From Lama glama (taxonomy: Eukaryota): 64,000 nucleotides of DNA. Location of the stretch: positions 19,408,001 through 19,472,000 of the forward strand of contig CM052818.1 of the NCBI GenBank assembly GCA_028534125.1, read 5' to 3'. This document shows, piece by piece, positions 13,421-26,254 of the stretch (positions are counted from its first letter, which is position 1; every line of letters begins with the position of its first letter). The position numbers were made by a program, and so were the translations under genes. A model generated the notes under the pieces. It was not told the origin of the DNA. It saw nothing but the letters and a program-made list of their open reading frames with translations, and made no database searches.

Positions 13421-15099
13421 GACAGGTGGCACTACCAGGTGCTAACTTGGTGTAAACTGTTTTCATTTAATGACAAATATTGGACCTTCAGTGTCTGGGG
13501 GCAGCAAGCATAAAATCCCACTTACACAAAGTTACAAATGGGGATTTTTCTGGAACAATAGGTAGACCAGAAGGAAAACTTTAGAACCAGGTTCTGAAAG
13601 GATAGGTCTGGGATCTTAGTGCCAGGAGATATCCTTCAGGTAAGGTCCGTTCATGGGACCAATAGCTCCAGCAGTCTCGATTCAGGATTTAAATTTCAGC
13701 AGGAGAGCAACAGGACTCCCTTGGGCCACATGGTCATCACTGTATGGGAGCCGCCAGGTGGATGGATGGGTGGAGAGAGGGTGGGGAAAGGTACTGCACA
13801 GCAATCAATTAGGTGCTAGGATCAAAAGAAAGAAGGGGAAATCGGTATTAGGCAAAAAGTTCAGATACTTACACTCAATTTCAGCAGAGAGTGTATGAGG
13901 TGAAAGCAATGGAGACTCAGGTTTTGACTGACAAGGAAGTGAGCAGCGAAGGAAGTGAGCTGGCCCCTCTGAGTTGTGTTGAGGAAAGAGTGCTGACCTG
14001 TTCTGGGCTCTGCTGCTCACTAGCTGTGCTGCTGAAGGCTGGGTCTCAACCTCTCTGGCCCAAGGCTCATCTGAGCAGCATTTGCTGTAAACCTTGTCTT
14101 TATCAAAGACCATCTTGATGATTTTTCCCACCCCTTCCCCTGCCAAAACAAAAACAAAAACCCACCTCAATTCATGGCCTTATCCTGTGGTAAACTACAA
14201 CATGCAATAGGCTTTTTGAAATTTGCAGATCAGTTGAGGAGGGGGAGTGTGGACATGGCTTGAATCAGGGGTGAATAAGACGACAGACAAGGTAAATTTC
14301 AGGGCCCCTACACACAGACCACAGCAGCATTTCATAGACAGGATTAAGAGAATCTTAAGTCTCTCCTATTGTTCATTTTCCACCTTTATTGAGACCAGAG
14401 AAACTGTGTCCTCAGAAAGGTTTGATCCACCCAGTGCTTTCCAGACTTCAAGATACCATGTGTTGCACCATCGCTTTGAATTCCCCACTGAGGGTGCCAC
14501 GCAGGCTGTAAATGTTAATGCAGCAAATTGCACTGGATTTCTCCCCTATCCACACTGAGCACTCCGTACCGAGCGTCCCCCTCCTCCCCAGCACCTATGC
14601 CCACTTCCATTTCATATCATCCTAATTAGCACTCGATTATATATTGCCTTGAATTGTTCTTCAGCCCTCCTCATCAGAGCCTCCCACCTTCCAGCATGTC
14701 CACTCCTACCTCCTAGTGTGCTGGGTTTTCAACCTCCTCAAAACCTAGTCTCTTTCTCTTGCTATGTTCCGTCATTGCATCAGTACCCTACCCCCCACTT
14801 CTTCATTTCTTTCCCTGTTTAGCCTAAGCTTCACGAGCCATCTCATCGCCCTCCTTTGCCTGAACCCTCCCTCTCCTCCACACACATGGGGTCCTGGGGC
14901 TGCAGCTCCTGTCTGGCTGCACCCTAGCCTGCTCAGGCCAGCTCTTCTCTCCGACATCTGGGCTCCTGGGCTCTGCTGGAGAGAATCACAGCCCACGCAG
15001 ATTGGCACTACTACAAAGGCATCATCTGCAGCCTCAGCAGGCTGCCAGGCAGCCTGGAAATCGTTTCAGGGTCCTTGTCAGGAAACTTGTCCTGTCTGA

Positions 15100-16165
15100 T
15101 CTTCTAAGCATTTCCCATTCCTTGAGCTTTGCTGAGAAAATAGAGGCCATCCAACAGGAATTCCCTCACCCTCCACGTATCCCCGCCTCTGCCCTGCTTC
15201 ATCCTCCCTGCGTCCCACACCTGGGAGGCTAGGGGGACACCCTTACCTGGCCGAAGGTAACCCCTCCTGAGAGCTCTACAGCCTTGGCATCATCAGTTCT
15301 CTTTCCTCAATCTTCCTTTTCTCTCTCTCATCTTGTCTTTCTCCTCAGGAGAATTGCATTCCTGCTCCATCATGCTGAGACCTCCTTCTCAGCCAAACTG
15401 CAGGGTGAAGTGTGCCTGATGAGGTCATAGCCTGCCAGGGCTGAAAAAGTGTGCCAAGGACATGTTGTCAAGTCCACGGTCACTTTTAGCCCATCTTACT
15501 TGACTTGCTGAAGTTATGACACCATTGACCCCTTTCTCTTCTTGCTTCTCTCCCTTCTTCAGATTGTCAGCTCTGTGAACACTTCGTTCTCCTGCCTCCC
15601 TACCCACCGCTCCACATTCCAACCTCCTTACCCCTGCTTCTCCTCAGGGTGCTCTTGTGCTGAGGATCCTTCAGGCATGCCATGGTCTTTGGGATGAAAT
15701 CCAGGTTCCTTTGGACGGTCAAGGGCTTCCCCCATTTTCGTCCTGCTTCCTCTCCCTCTCCCTGTCACACAGTTTAGCCCCTCTTCCACTGTCCACTTTT
15801 TGTCTCATCTGTATGCCTTAGTGCATTTCTTTCCTCTGTCTTCAATGCCTGCTCCCCTCCTTGCCGCCTCACCAGGACAACTCCTGCTCATCTCTTGGGG
15901 ATCAGCTCAGGTGTTGCCTCATCCCTAAGTCAGTCTTTCATGATCATGCCTCACCTAGGCTCCCCAAACACCACAAGCATGGCTTAGTCTTAGCACTTAC
16001 CACATTGTAGTGAAATTATCCATTGATTGTATCTGCTCCACTAATCTGTCAGCCCCTTGAGGCTGGAGACTTGGCCTCTGAGCCCTTATATGCTTGATGC
16101 TGGTACAGTTTGACACGTAAGAAATGCTCCATTCATTCATGTTTACTGAATGAGCAATGAGTTCA
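15100..16165 (+). mobile_element. Highly decayed L2 remnant
   Basis: Pyrimidine-rich; TCAGCTCAGGTG..TAGCACTTACCACATTG..ACTGAATGA 3' end. Confidence 0.5.
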
Positions 16166-16249
16166 TGTATTAGGTATTATTCTCAGCTAGGCTACTCCAG
16201 GATAGTAAATGTGATCAGTCTTCTCAGAACATTTTGAGGTGATTACAAA

Positions 16250-17025
16250 TATATGTATATAATTGTATATATTACATTACATTATATTATATTATATTAT
16301 ATATTTTTAATTGTTTTAACAAGACATATAAAATTTTAAAGTGTACAATTCAGTGACATTTATTACCTTCACAATGTTGTGCAACTATCACTACTTTCTA
16401 GTTTCAGAACATTTTTATCACCCCAAAAAGGAGACCCTAGACTCGTTAAGCAGTCACTCTTCATTCCTATCTCCCCCACTCCTGGCAACCATTAATCTGC
16501 TTTGCTCTGTGGATTTGCCTGGTCTGAATGTTTCATATAAGTGGCATTGTACACTGTGAGGGGTTTTGTAGCTGGCTTCTTTCAGTCAGCATAATGTCTT
16601 TCAGGTTCATCTATGGTGTAACATATCAGCACTTCATTTCTTTTTTTAAGGCCAAATAGTATTCCATTGTATGGCCAAGTGCTATACCACATTGTTTATC
16701 CACTCATCAACTGGACATTGGGGTTGTTTCCACCTTTTACCTGTGCTGAATAGTGCTGCTGTGGCTTGTGAACAAGCGTTTGTTTCAACACCTGTTTTCA
16801 GTTATTTTGGGTGTATACCCAGTTGAATTGTTGAGTCATATGATAATGCTATGTTCAGTTTATTGAGGAACCACCAAACTCTTTTCCATAGTAACTGCAT
16901 CATTTTACATTTATATTCATATTATCATGTACATTACAAGAAGGTTCCAATTTCTCCATATTCTTGCTAATGTTTCCTGTTTTCCTTTTTTTACTATAGC
17001 TATCCCAGTGGGTATGACTGGTAGA
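16250..17025 (-). mobile_element. LINE-1 (L1MB-like) 3' region with AT-rich (TATAT)n low-complexity tail
   Basis: TTTTAAAGTGTACAATTCAGTGACATT..TTCACAATGTTGTGCAAC motifs. Confidence 0.8.
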
Positions 17026-17914
17026 TATATTTCAAAGTATATGCCCAGCTTAAATAATTCCTATCTATAAATGCCTTATTGCCATCTGTAGAGAGTGGCT
17101 CCCAACAGCTGTTTATGTCTAATGGAACCCTGACTGCTGGTCATGATTGATTGGGTATTCCTGAGCCAATCTGGGCCAAAAGAGTTCCTTCCATGGGGGT
17201 TTTGTTTGAGAAAGAAGGATAGGGGAGAGAGACTGGGTTCAGATGGCTGAAATATGAGCTTTGAGAGCTGTGCGTGTCTGTTTTGATCCCACAGGTGGAT
17301 AAAACAGCAGGGGGAACTCCACAGAAAAAAAAAAGATAGACACAAATACTCAGAGAGAAACAGAAATGAAAGCTGAAGAGAGCACATATCCCTGAGTTTC
17401 TGACAGTCTACAAGTTTTTCCTTAGGCATTCTTGCCCTCGGGGCCTTTAAGTCACCCCTCCATCCTGCTGTGGTTAAGCCAACTCTGGCGAACTTCTATT
17501 TCTTGCCAGCAATAAAATCCAGGGCAATCACAACTCACTGGCCATCTCCAACCGACTTGACTGAAGAGGGGCCTTCAAACTGTAGACCAAAAGAAAATAC
17601 CTATAAGGCTACTTCTTTTTTTTTTTTTTTGTCCTAAAAATCATTGCTTGTGCCTTGGCTGGCATTACTTCAGCCCACCAACCCCATGAAAATTTGGAGG
17701 CAAATCCAGTATGTTAACCTCATCTAATATTCATGAGGCAACCTCAAGGTCAGGGTGCCCAGTACTTTGCTACCACCTTGATGTGTCTCTTGGCATCTGT
17801 TCTATATTTTTTCCCCCTCTAATAGCAGAACTCTTTCGTTCCACTTTCCAAGTGTCATGTTTTCTTGTTTTGGTGATCACTGTAACTTTTCCCACTGTTA
17901 CTGAGCTTTTCAAG

Positions 17915-18140
17915 GGCAGTGAGGCAATACAGTGTGGAAGAAAGGAACTTCTGAACTGGGAGCTTTGAAAAACCAAATTCTAGTCCTATTCCTGCACTGG
18001 CTTTGCTCTGTGATGCTGAGTAAATCATGAGATGCTCTTGATCCATTTCTCCATCTGTGAAAGTGGGAGAGAAAAATAATACTTTCTCTACTTCACAGAG
18101 ATGCAAGCTAAAATTAGGTCATGGAAGTGAACATTCTATG
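17915..18140. mobile_element. MIR SINE remnant
   Basis: TTTCTCCATCTGTGAAAGTGGGA core. Confidence 0.6.
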
Positions 18141-20329
18141 AGGGAAAAATATATCGATTGCTGTGTCTAAAATGGCAGTGAACTCCCTTGATTTCTATCC
18201 CACTCTGACACCAAGTTCAAGGTCCTCACTCAATAATTATTTAGATTTAACTCTAGTTTTTTTTTTCTTTTAAGATAGATAATAACTATATTAAAATCCT
18301 AAAGACCCCCCCCCCCGCCCTGAGCAGGGCAGGGTGTCGGGGGGAGGGGCTCTCTCCAGACTTCTCTTGGGCCTAGGGTGTCTCAGAGGGTATGCTGGGA
18401 TTAGACTGGTGCCTTTGAAAATTCACCACAGCTCTAACTCTGGAAGGAGACATGATAACTAAATAGTATGAGGTTTCCTGGATGGAATCCCAGAGGAAGA
18501 TGCAGGTAAAGCGGGCAGGCTGGGCTCTTCTGGGCACAGGGAGCCATGGCTCTCATGGCTGTGTGACAGATATGGCAACCCTGGGGTGTTACCTTGTAGC
18601 TTTTTGGTTGCAGGTTAGACAGTTGGCGTCAGTCAGTGGAGACTGAGGAAAGTAGTTTTTATGCTTGGAAAGGGTTATTATGCCTTTTCTTCTGCTAGGC
18701 CTTTAGCGTTGTTTTTTTGTTAACTCCTTGTCAGGAGTTAGGCAGGCTTGGCGGTTTCTTATTGCTATGGTTACGCTCAGCATACCGCAGACCTCAAGGC
18801 ATCTAGAGATGTCTTCTATTTAGGGTAGGGCCTGGTTTTCCAGAAGGTTTTAATTCATGTGTCTTTGAATTTCGGTTTTAGGGCCTGGCCTCATGCTAGG
18901 CCTCAGGGAGTCTTTCTTTCAGCTCTCCCCACAGCGTCCCACTGCTGTTGTTTCTGGTGCTCATGGGGGACAGCAGGAGAGAGCAGTTCCTGAGGATCTG
19001 GTTAACCTGCAGGTATCCCGGGTGTGGCCTGTTCAGTGCTGCAGCCCTGCCTGTCATTGGAGTTCTTCCTGCACGCGTTCCTGCCCCTCCCCCGGGAATA
19101 GAAGTGTGCGTGCATGTGCGTGTGTGTGCGTGTGTGTTCCAATTCCCCTTTCCTAGTACCTTAAGGGTAATAGTTTGTTACCCTTCCCTCTCAGATTGAG
19201 ACTTTTTTTCACCTGGGAGATGGGGAGAAAGGCCCAGGAGAGTTCTGTGCCCCAAACACAGCAGCTGCGTTGCCTCCCCTCATGCCAGCTCCAGGAGGGG
19301 CGCTGCCTCAGATTCCACCTCCATCTTCCCCATGAGCGCCCCTGGAGAGCTGGGTGAAAGAGCCTGTGAGCTGATGCGAGCCTCCCCAATCTGGGCTGTC
19401 CCTAGGGGCTGAACACCTTCCCAAGTCCCATATTTCACATCCACCAATTCCTGGATTAGTCTCAGTTTATCCAGTGTTGAAAAGGAGGGAAATGTTCTGG
19501 TCCTCAGAACTGGCTGAGTGCAGGAGTTGAGACTAGAATCCTGAAAAACTGCACTGTCCACTTCCCAACTTGGCTGACGACTGGACGCCATCTTCCTGTG
19601 TGTTAGGCATGGATTTTTCACTTTATCTTCAAGATGAGTGAAACGTTGAGGAACACTGGTGTATATTAAAATGAGCAGAGATAAGATGAATCCACACTAA
19701 AAAGCCATCTTTATCTTAATTTGTTTGACGAGGTAACAGTTTCAGCCTCTGGATACAATTTTTTTGCTAAGATTTAATGCCTCATGTGTTATGTGTTATG
19801 GGGAAGACTGTGAAATTAAGGATGTTCTCTTCATGCCTTTATTTGACTTGATTTACTGCCATGCCCTCCATACATAGTGAAAAACATGTTTCCAAGAAGC
19901 TCCAAGATAATGTGGTTCTTACAGTTCGAACCTCAGAAAGAGAACTTATCAATTAAAAAACCTTGCCCTGTTCCTTCTGCAGGGATCATTACACTTAGGT
20001 TGATTATGTGACATCATTATTTGTGGTTTGGGGATGGAAAGAATGTTTCTGATATGCGGAATTTTCCTTACGCAAGATCACATCCATCAGCCTAGCTCCG
20101 GAGTTTGTGCTCTTAACGATATGATGTCCCTGACCAAATCAAATTGGAGCGAACAGGTTTATTTTCCATTTCTAGGAGCTGGACCTTGTTGAATTTGGAG
20201 AGATTACCTCTAGATAAGATAGTGCCTGTGTCTGACCCACACAGCTCTCTTTCTTGGTTCACAACATTGTCATAAGCAGGGAAATTCCTGCTCATCTATA
20301 GAGGTGAAGCACTCTAGGCATATTCCTGC

Positions 20330-20499
20330 TGCAGTTACACCCACTTCGATGTGGGCCTCCTCTCACTTGCCAGAGGGGTAGGAGTCACTCAGCCAGTTCT
20401 GAGGCTTTTTTCAGAGGAAGTTATTCCATATGTAGCCATACGTTCATCATGTTCATGGGAGGAGGTGAGTTCAGAGTCCTCTGACATCGCCATCTTGGA
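20330..20499 (-). mobile_element. Isolated LINE-1 5'-terminus-like fragment
   Basis: Minus strand reads TCCAAGATGGCGATGTCAGAGGACTCTGAACTCACCTCCTCCCATGAAC, resembling the start of laurasiatherian L1 5'UTRs; YY1 motif AAGATGGCG at 20488-20496. Confidence 0.6.
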
Positions 20500-20724
20500 C
20501 CCTTTTGTTCTTTTTCCATGTGTCTCTGTCTCTTCATCCATTTCTCTTGGACACATACACATATTTTTAAAAATTACAAATAATGGAAATGGGAGACATG
20601 CATCCTGTTCTATTTTAAGGCAGGCTAATTTCTTGCCATTTCTTAATGATTGTATTTCTCTCCCTTTAACCTGACATGCTGTTTCCTAACAAATCTCCAC
20701 AGTGTACATAGACTGTCCATTAGA

Positions 20725-20900
20725 CAGTGGTTCCCAAACTTGTTTGCACCTTAGATTCAAGGGGAGCTTCAAAAAGTCCTGATTGCCTGTGTCCCGCCCC
20801 TAGAGATTGTGATGTCACTGATCTGGGGGATGGTTGGGCTTTGGACATTTTAAAAGATCCTGAAATGATTCCACTGTGTAGCCAAGTTTGGGAACCACTG
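20725..20900. mobile_element. MER5-type non-autonomous hAT-Charlie MITE
   Basis: Perfect 18-bp terminal inverted repeats CAGTGGTTCCCAAACTTG ... CAAGTTTGGGAACCACTG, 176 bp long. Confidence 0.9.
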
Positions 20901-22121
20901 CCTTTAAGATTATTATTCTTCTTTTTAAAAACTCTAGTTCTAATCATATTGGGCTTAATTCCCAGCTTGGCTCTCATCAGAAGCATTTCCTTTGTAAATT
21001 GCTGTGGGAAACAACAGGAGATTAATCCTAAATCCATCTCTTCTCCCTACGGTGATTGCTGTGTCTTCATCAGGTGAATTGAAATCCCTTCTGATAAGTG
21101 CAGGGAAACCATTAACGGAGGCTTCACTCATCTGCATGCATATTTCCTGTTCTGCTGTGTCTTCCCTCCAATAATTTAGTTATGATTTGCATGATACTTT
21201 TTTTTTCCCCCAATTCAAATGGCCTCTCACAGTACCTGTATGGCTGGCTTGGTCTGCCTACCTGCTGTTTTCACTTTTGGGTGGACAAAATTTCCCTCTC
21301 CGCTTACATCATCTCCACTTCTAGATCTAGCCAGCCAGGTTGGCAAGCTTGTTCCAAGGGTTTCTTGGGCTACACCTCACACTGAGACATTTCACAATTC
21401 GGAGCCAGACTTGATAAAGCAATTCCACACTTTTGTGTTTGTCCACTCCTCCTTGACTTGGGGCCAGATTGAATCTGCTGTCAATTCTGTAATATAAGCA
21501 GACCTGATTAGGGAGCCTCTGATGGTTTGAGCTGATACTACATTGGCTTTCATCAGGAGCTAGTGTGGATACAAACCTAAGCACAAATTCTTTGGGGACT
21601 CTTGGACCACCCTGTGACCCAAAAGAGTATATAAACTTCATCTCAACATGAATCTGAATTCTAAAGTGAAAACTAAGACTGGTTTCATCAGAGTATTGTC
21701 CCCACTTAGCGTGAGTCATTGTCTTTCATCTGCCTTGGCCCTTTGGGTCTATAACACCATCTGATTTCCAGAGAGTGGGGATGACAGAAGAATAGATGCT
21801 TTTAGTCAAACAAGCATTACTGAGTCCTGGGCTGTTAGACCATGTGGTGCCACAGCCTGTGACAGTCCTCTTTCTCTCACTTCTTACGGTTCACTAGCTC
21901 TCCAACTGGCCAGAGCCAGAGCATCAATCTCAAGCAAGGGTGAGAGCTCAAACTTGTCCATGTCATCAAGAGAGGGACAGAATTATTCTCCTTTAAGTTT
22001 AAGAACTTCTTAATTTTTTTAGTTGTCTAAATTCTTTCATTTTCTGTCTTATTTTACATTAAACTATAATTTTAGGTATTTCAAAGAAATCTACTATTAC
22101 TTCAACAATTAAAACATGTTT

Positions 22122-22423
22122 TGAGAAAGACAAATATATGATATCACTTATATTTGAAATCTAAAAAAAAAAAATACCAATTTTATTTACAAACCAGAAA
22201 TAGACTCAAGGACAAAGAAAACAAACTGTGGTTACCAGGGGGGGAAGCGGGGGAATGGATAGATTAGGAGTTTGGGATTAATAGATATACATCACTATAT
22301 ATAAAATAGATAAACAACAAGGACCTACTGTATAGCACAGGAAACTATATTCAGTTTCTTGTAATGAGCTGTAATGGAAATGAATGTGAAAAAATGTATG
22401 TATGTATGTATATATAAAAAAAA
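22122..22423 (+). mobile_element. LINE-1 3'UTR fragment
   Basis: GAGAAAGACAAATATATGATATCAC..CAACAAGGACCTACTGTATAGCACAGG motif, A-rich end. Confidence 0.85.
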
Positions 22424-23029
22424 GTGAGGGAGTTAGACTACTAGGTGGTCTGTCATCTCATGGCTCTAGGATAAACTTAAATTGAGATCGATTTTAGAGG
22501 GTATATTAATATGTCCAACAGATCAATGACAGGACTAGAATTGGAATTCTGTTTTCACATCCCTGAACTATCACTGAAGGCAAAGGATATTTTGTTCTTC
22601 ATGCAGTGTTCATGCAATTAGCTTGAAAGTGTTTGAGAGAAAATGAGGAATGAGCTAGGAATTCTTTTCTCTTACCTAACTTGTTGCTTTCCAAGACATA
22701 TGTTACTATTGGATTGATGAAACAAATATTGCCTCTGCCCTCATGGTCCTCATGCTCAGAAATTCACTAGAATTCAATCTTGAGAAAGACAGTGTCCCAT
22801 GCTTTGTGTACTATCATGTACCGTAAGTAATAGAATCATTAAAAAATAATCATTTTAAAAAAACAAAAACATAATGTCTTTCCTCTCACTTTACCTTTGC
22901 TTCAGGGGCCAAGAGAAATCCAGAAAGGTATGTGATGCCCATGGCTATAGTCACATCTCCAGGTTAAAGCAAACAAAGGACATTTCACTTATGTAGTATT
23001 AATGCAGCATCACTGTTAGTCCTAACTGA

Positions 23030-23250
23030 ATCTATTGAGCATTTACTATGTCAGACACTTTGCTAAGCTCTTTCCATAATTGATTTCAATTACTTCTTGT
23101 CCTACCCTATAAGGTAGGTATTATTTATTATCTCCATTTTACATATGAGGACATAGAAACTTAGGGAGTTTAAAGCTTACACAGCTAGTAAATGTTGGGG
23201 TCAGAACTTGAACCTATCCCGACCACTGCAGAGTCCATGTTCTTAATCTC
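23030..23250. mobile_element. MIR SINE remnant
   Basis: TATTGAGCATTTACTATGTCAGACACT..TCTCCATTTTACATATGAGG core. Confidence 0.75.
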
Positions 23251-24619
23251 TAGGGTCTTCTGAGATGAGCTCCTTTGATGGAAGTGTTGTCCTTAAATTC
23301 CAGTAACACAGCTTTCTCTGATTTTAAAAACTAAGGCCAGTATGACTGTTGGGGTCGTAAATATAAGGGCTCAAGAGTTTAATGCACATAATGGTCACTT
23401 GAAAAATAATTATCCATGGGTTGCTTGACAAACAGCATTTTGTTCATTCAGATTCTGGACGGGGTTCCAGATGTTAGGAGGTGATAAAAGCGTAGCTGAT
23501 CCGGCCTCCTGGGAGATTCGTGCAGATGGTCTCTTCAGCCACGCCTGTGCCCTGTCACTGTTTATTCCGGGGCTGCTCTAAACAGCTTTCTTATTTCACA
23601 GACCTAATTTAAAAGCGATGTTGCCGCTGACAAGGCTGAGGACTGCCGAGGCTTTTGAAGGAAAAGAGAGCAATTTCAGAAAATGAATACTGTGGTTTAG
23701 AAAGAAATCAGCTCAACTATGATCTGAGCTCAATTTGTCCTGTTCTATTTTTTTTATTTTAATAAAGAAAGAAAAGAGGAGAAAAAAATTGTTCTCATGA
23801 CAAAGAAAACAATTTCCTTAGGTCTGGAGAACTATAGTCTATTTAGGAAGGCTTCAACCCTCTGAGATACCTAGATTTTTAGAGTCAAAAGAGACCTTTA
23901 AAGATAGCTTTTTCATCTGAGTCCTGAATTTTCCAGAAAGGGAACTGAGGCCCTGAGAGAGTTTAGGACCATATAACTAGTTCGTGGGAGCTGACTCCCA
24001 GTCTTCCTGCTTTTTCTATCTCACTACTTTTTACTTTTGCTTTATAAATGACAGGGTATACATAGGCCACCGGGAGAGAAAAAGGACAAAACAAAATAGC
24101 TTCTGCTTGTTCAAGAAAGGTCAGTGAAAAAAAAAAAAAAAGGTCAGTGAGAGCTCCAAAACTTCTAGAAACAGGAGAGTCAAATTATTTAATCTAATTT
24201 CAGGAATAGTCTTGATTTTATTAGCTGAGGGACTGAATAAGGAGGCAGAGGCCCTACCAAGCAAGATTTATTACTACTTTCTGTGAAAGCACAGGGAAAA
24301 TGAATATTGGCTTAATGGGGATTTGGGCCTATAATTTAATTCTTTGTCTCAGCTTGTAGAGGCAAGCCACGGACAAAAGGTCAATGGATCCTGGTAGTGA
24401 TCTCCTGAGCCAGTGAGGAAAGGGGTCACCTGCCATTTCTCCAGGGACCCCTAGGATTAGAAGTCACCTCTGTGGTATGGAAACCTAGAAGGAAAGAAAT
24501 CCACTGGACTCTTATTTGCCTGGAAACTGTGCTAAAAGTGCCAAGGCTTCTTCACCATACCAGTGAAGCAATGATAACATTTCTCCCCCAACTGCCCCAT
24601 TTTTTGAGGCATTTTTCAT

Positions 24620-25025
24620 CTTCTTTTTAAAACTGAAGTATAGTTGATTTATGATATGTTAGTTTCTGGTGTACAGCATAGTGATTTAGTTATATACATA
24701 TATATTCTTTTTCATCATAGGTTATCACAAGTTATCGAATATAATTCCCTGTGCCATACAGAAGAAACTTGTTTATCTATTCTGTACATAGCAGTTTGTG
24801 TCTGCCAATCCGAAACTCCCAATTTATCCCTCCATCCCACTGCTTCCCCTTTGGTAACTGTAAGTTTGCCCTCTATGTCTCTGAGTCTGTTTCTGTTTTG
24901 TAAATAAGTTCATTTGTGTCTTTTTAAAAAAGATTTCACATATAAATTATATCATATATTTGTCTTTGTCTGACTTACTACACTTAGTATGATAACCTCT
25001 AGGTCCATCTATGTTGCTGCAAATG
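24620..25025 (-). mobile_element. LINE-1 3'UTR fragment
   Basis: TTTTTAAAACTGAAGTATAGTTGATTTA..CTAGGTCCATCTATGTTGCTGCAAATG; visibly homologous to 484-925. Confidence 0.88.
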
Positions 25026-26254
25026 AGTAAGATTTTCTTAGAGGGAAAGTCTCTAGCAAGGATGTGGCCAATGGTATTTATATGGTTCCCAGGGGAAGAA
25101 TTTGGTGGTGGCATGGAGAAAAGGAAAGAGGGCTGGAATTTAATCAATTCAGTAAGCATTTGTGGGATGCTAACTATGGAGTAGACACCAAGAGATAGAT
25201 AAAAACTTCACTGTCCCTGGAAATACTTGCAGATGAGTAGGAACTAGCAACCCCAGAAGAACTTGTTCCCAGGATTCAGACACCAATATGCAAAACTGTC
25301 CGGCATCCTAGCAGCTCATTTCCATCCTGAGACCTTATTCTGTTACGATTACTGGGCAGCACAGTTCACTAGTGTGGGATACAAAACTCCCCAGCTAACT
25401 AGCAGCTCACAGATGTTAATCTAGCAGCTGGGTGCTAGATGAGGCATGTGTATCCAGCCATAATCTGAGGATGCTTGAAGAAAAAATACTAATTCAGAGT
25501 CAACTGGAGCACCCATCTCCCTTCCCTAGATGCCATCAGTGCAAACAGGCAGTAGGCCCTGTCCCCAGCACAGAAATTCAGTTCTTGATGGTCGCCTCAC
25601 TCTATCAAGACTTCAGTTATTGAGGAAAGGGACTGTTTGCTTGTGCTCAAAAAACAAATAGCATTATCCATCATGGGATCCAATCCAGGCCAGTGCCAGC
25701 TGGATCAATCAACCTTTTAAAAATCTTTCAGAATAAATATTCAGCTATAGTCATGAATTAAAGATGTGAGGGAGAGAAAAATAGTACACAGCTTACAGTA
25801 GTTAACACTGGGTTTAAAACCAAAGTGTGACACTGCATTAATCTTCTTGTTGAGGCCTAACAGGAATTGAGTAAAATTTGTTTTAACCATTTCTGTTCTG
25901 ATAAGCATTAAGGATTATTGAATTTTGTAGAAGGTAAGAAAGGGAATGACTTTGGTGGGGGGAGGGGAGGCAGGTCATGGCTAAATCAACAATTTTTTAA
26001 AAATTAAAACCAGAATGTTCCACCAAAGCTGTGTATCTGGTTGTTAAAAATTAAATGAGTGCCTTATTGGCCAATTTCACTCATACCCCTACACATACAT
26101 TTCTAAGTCATGAATCCTTGTATACATACAAGACAGTAGATAGAGTAAGTGGTGGTATCCGTAGCCACTAGGGTAACTCTGAATCCATAAGTGACTTACC
26201 CATTGTTCCTCTGTATTTTTATGGGTAGAATTATGGCAAAGATTTCAGGAAACA

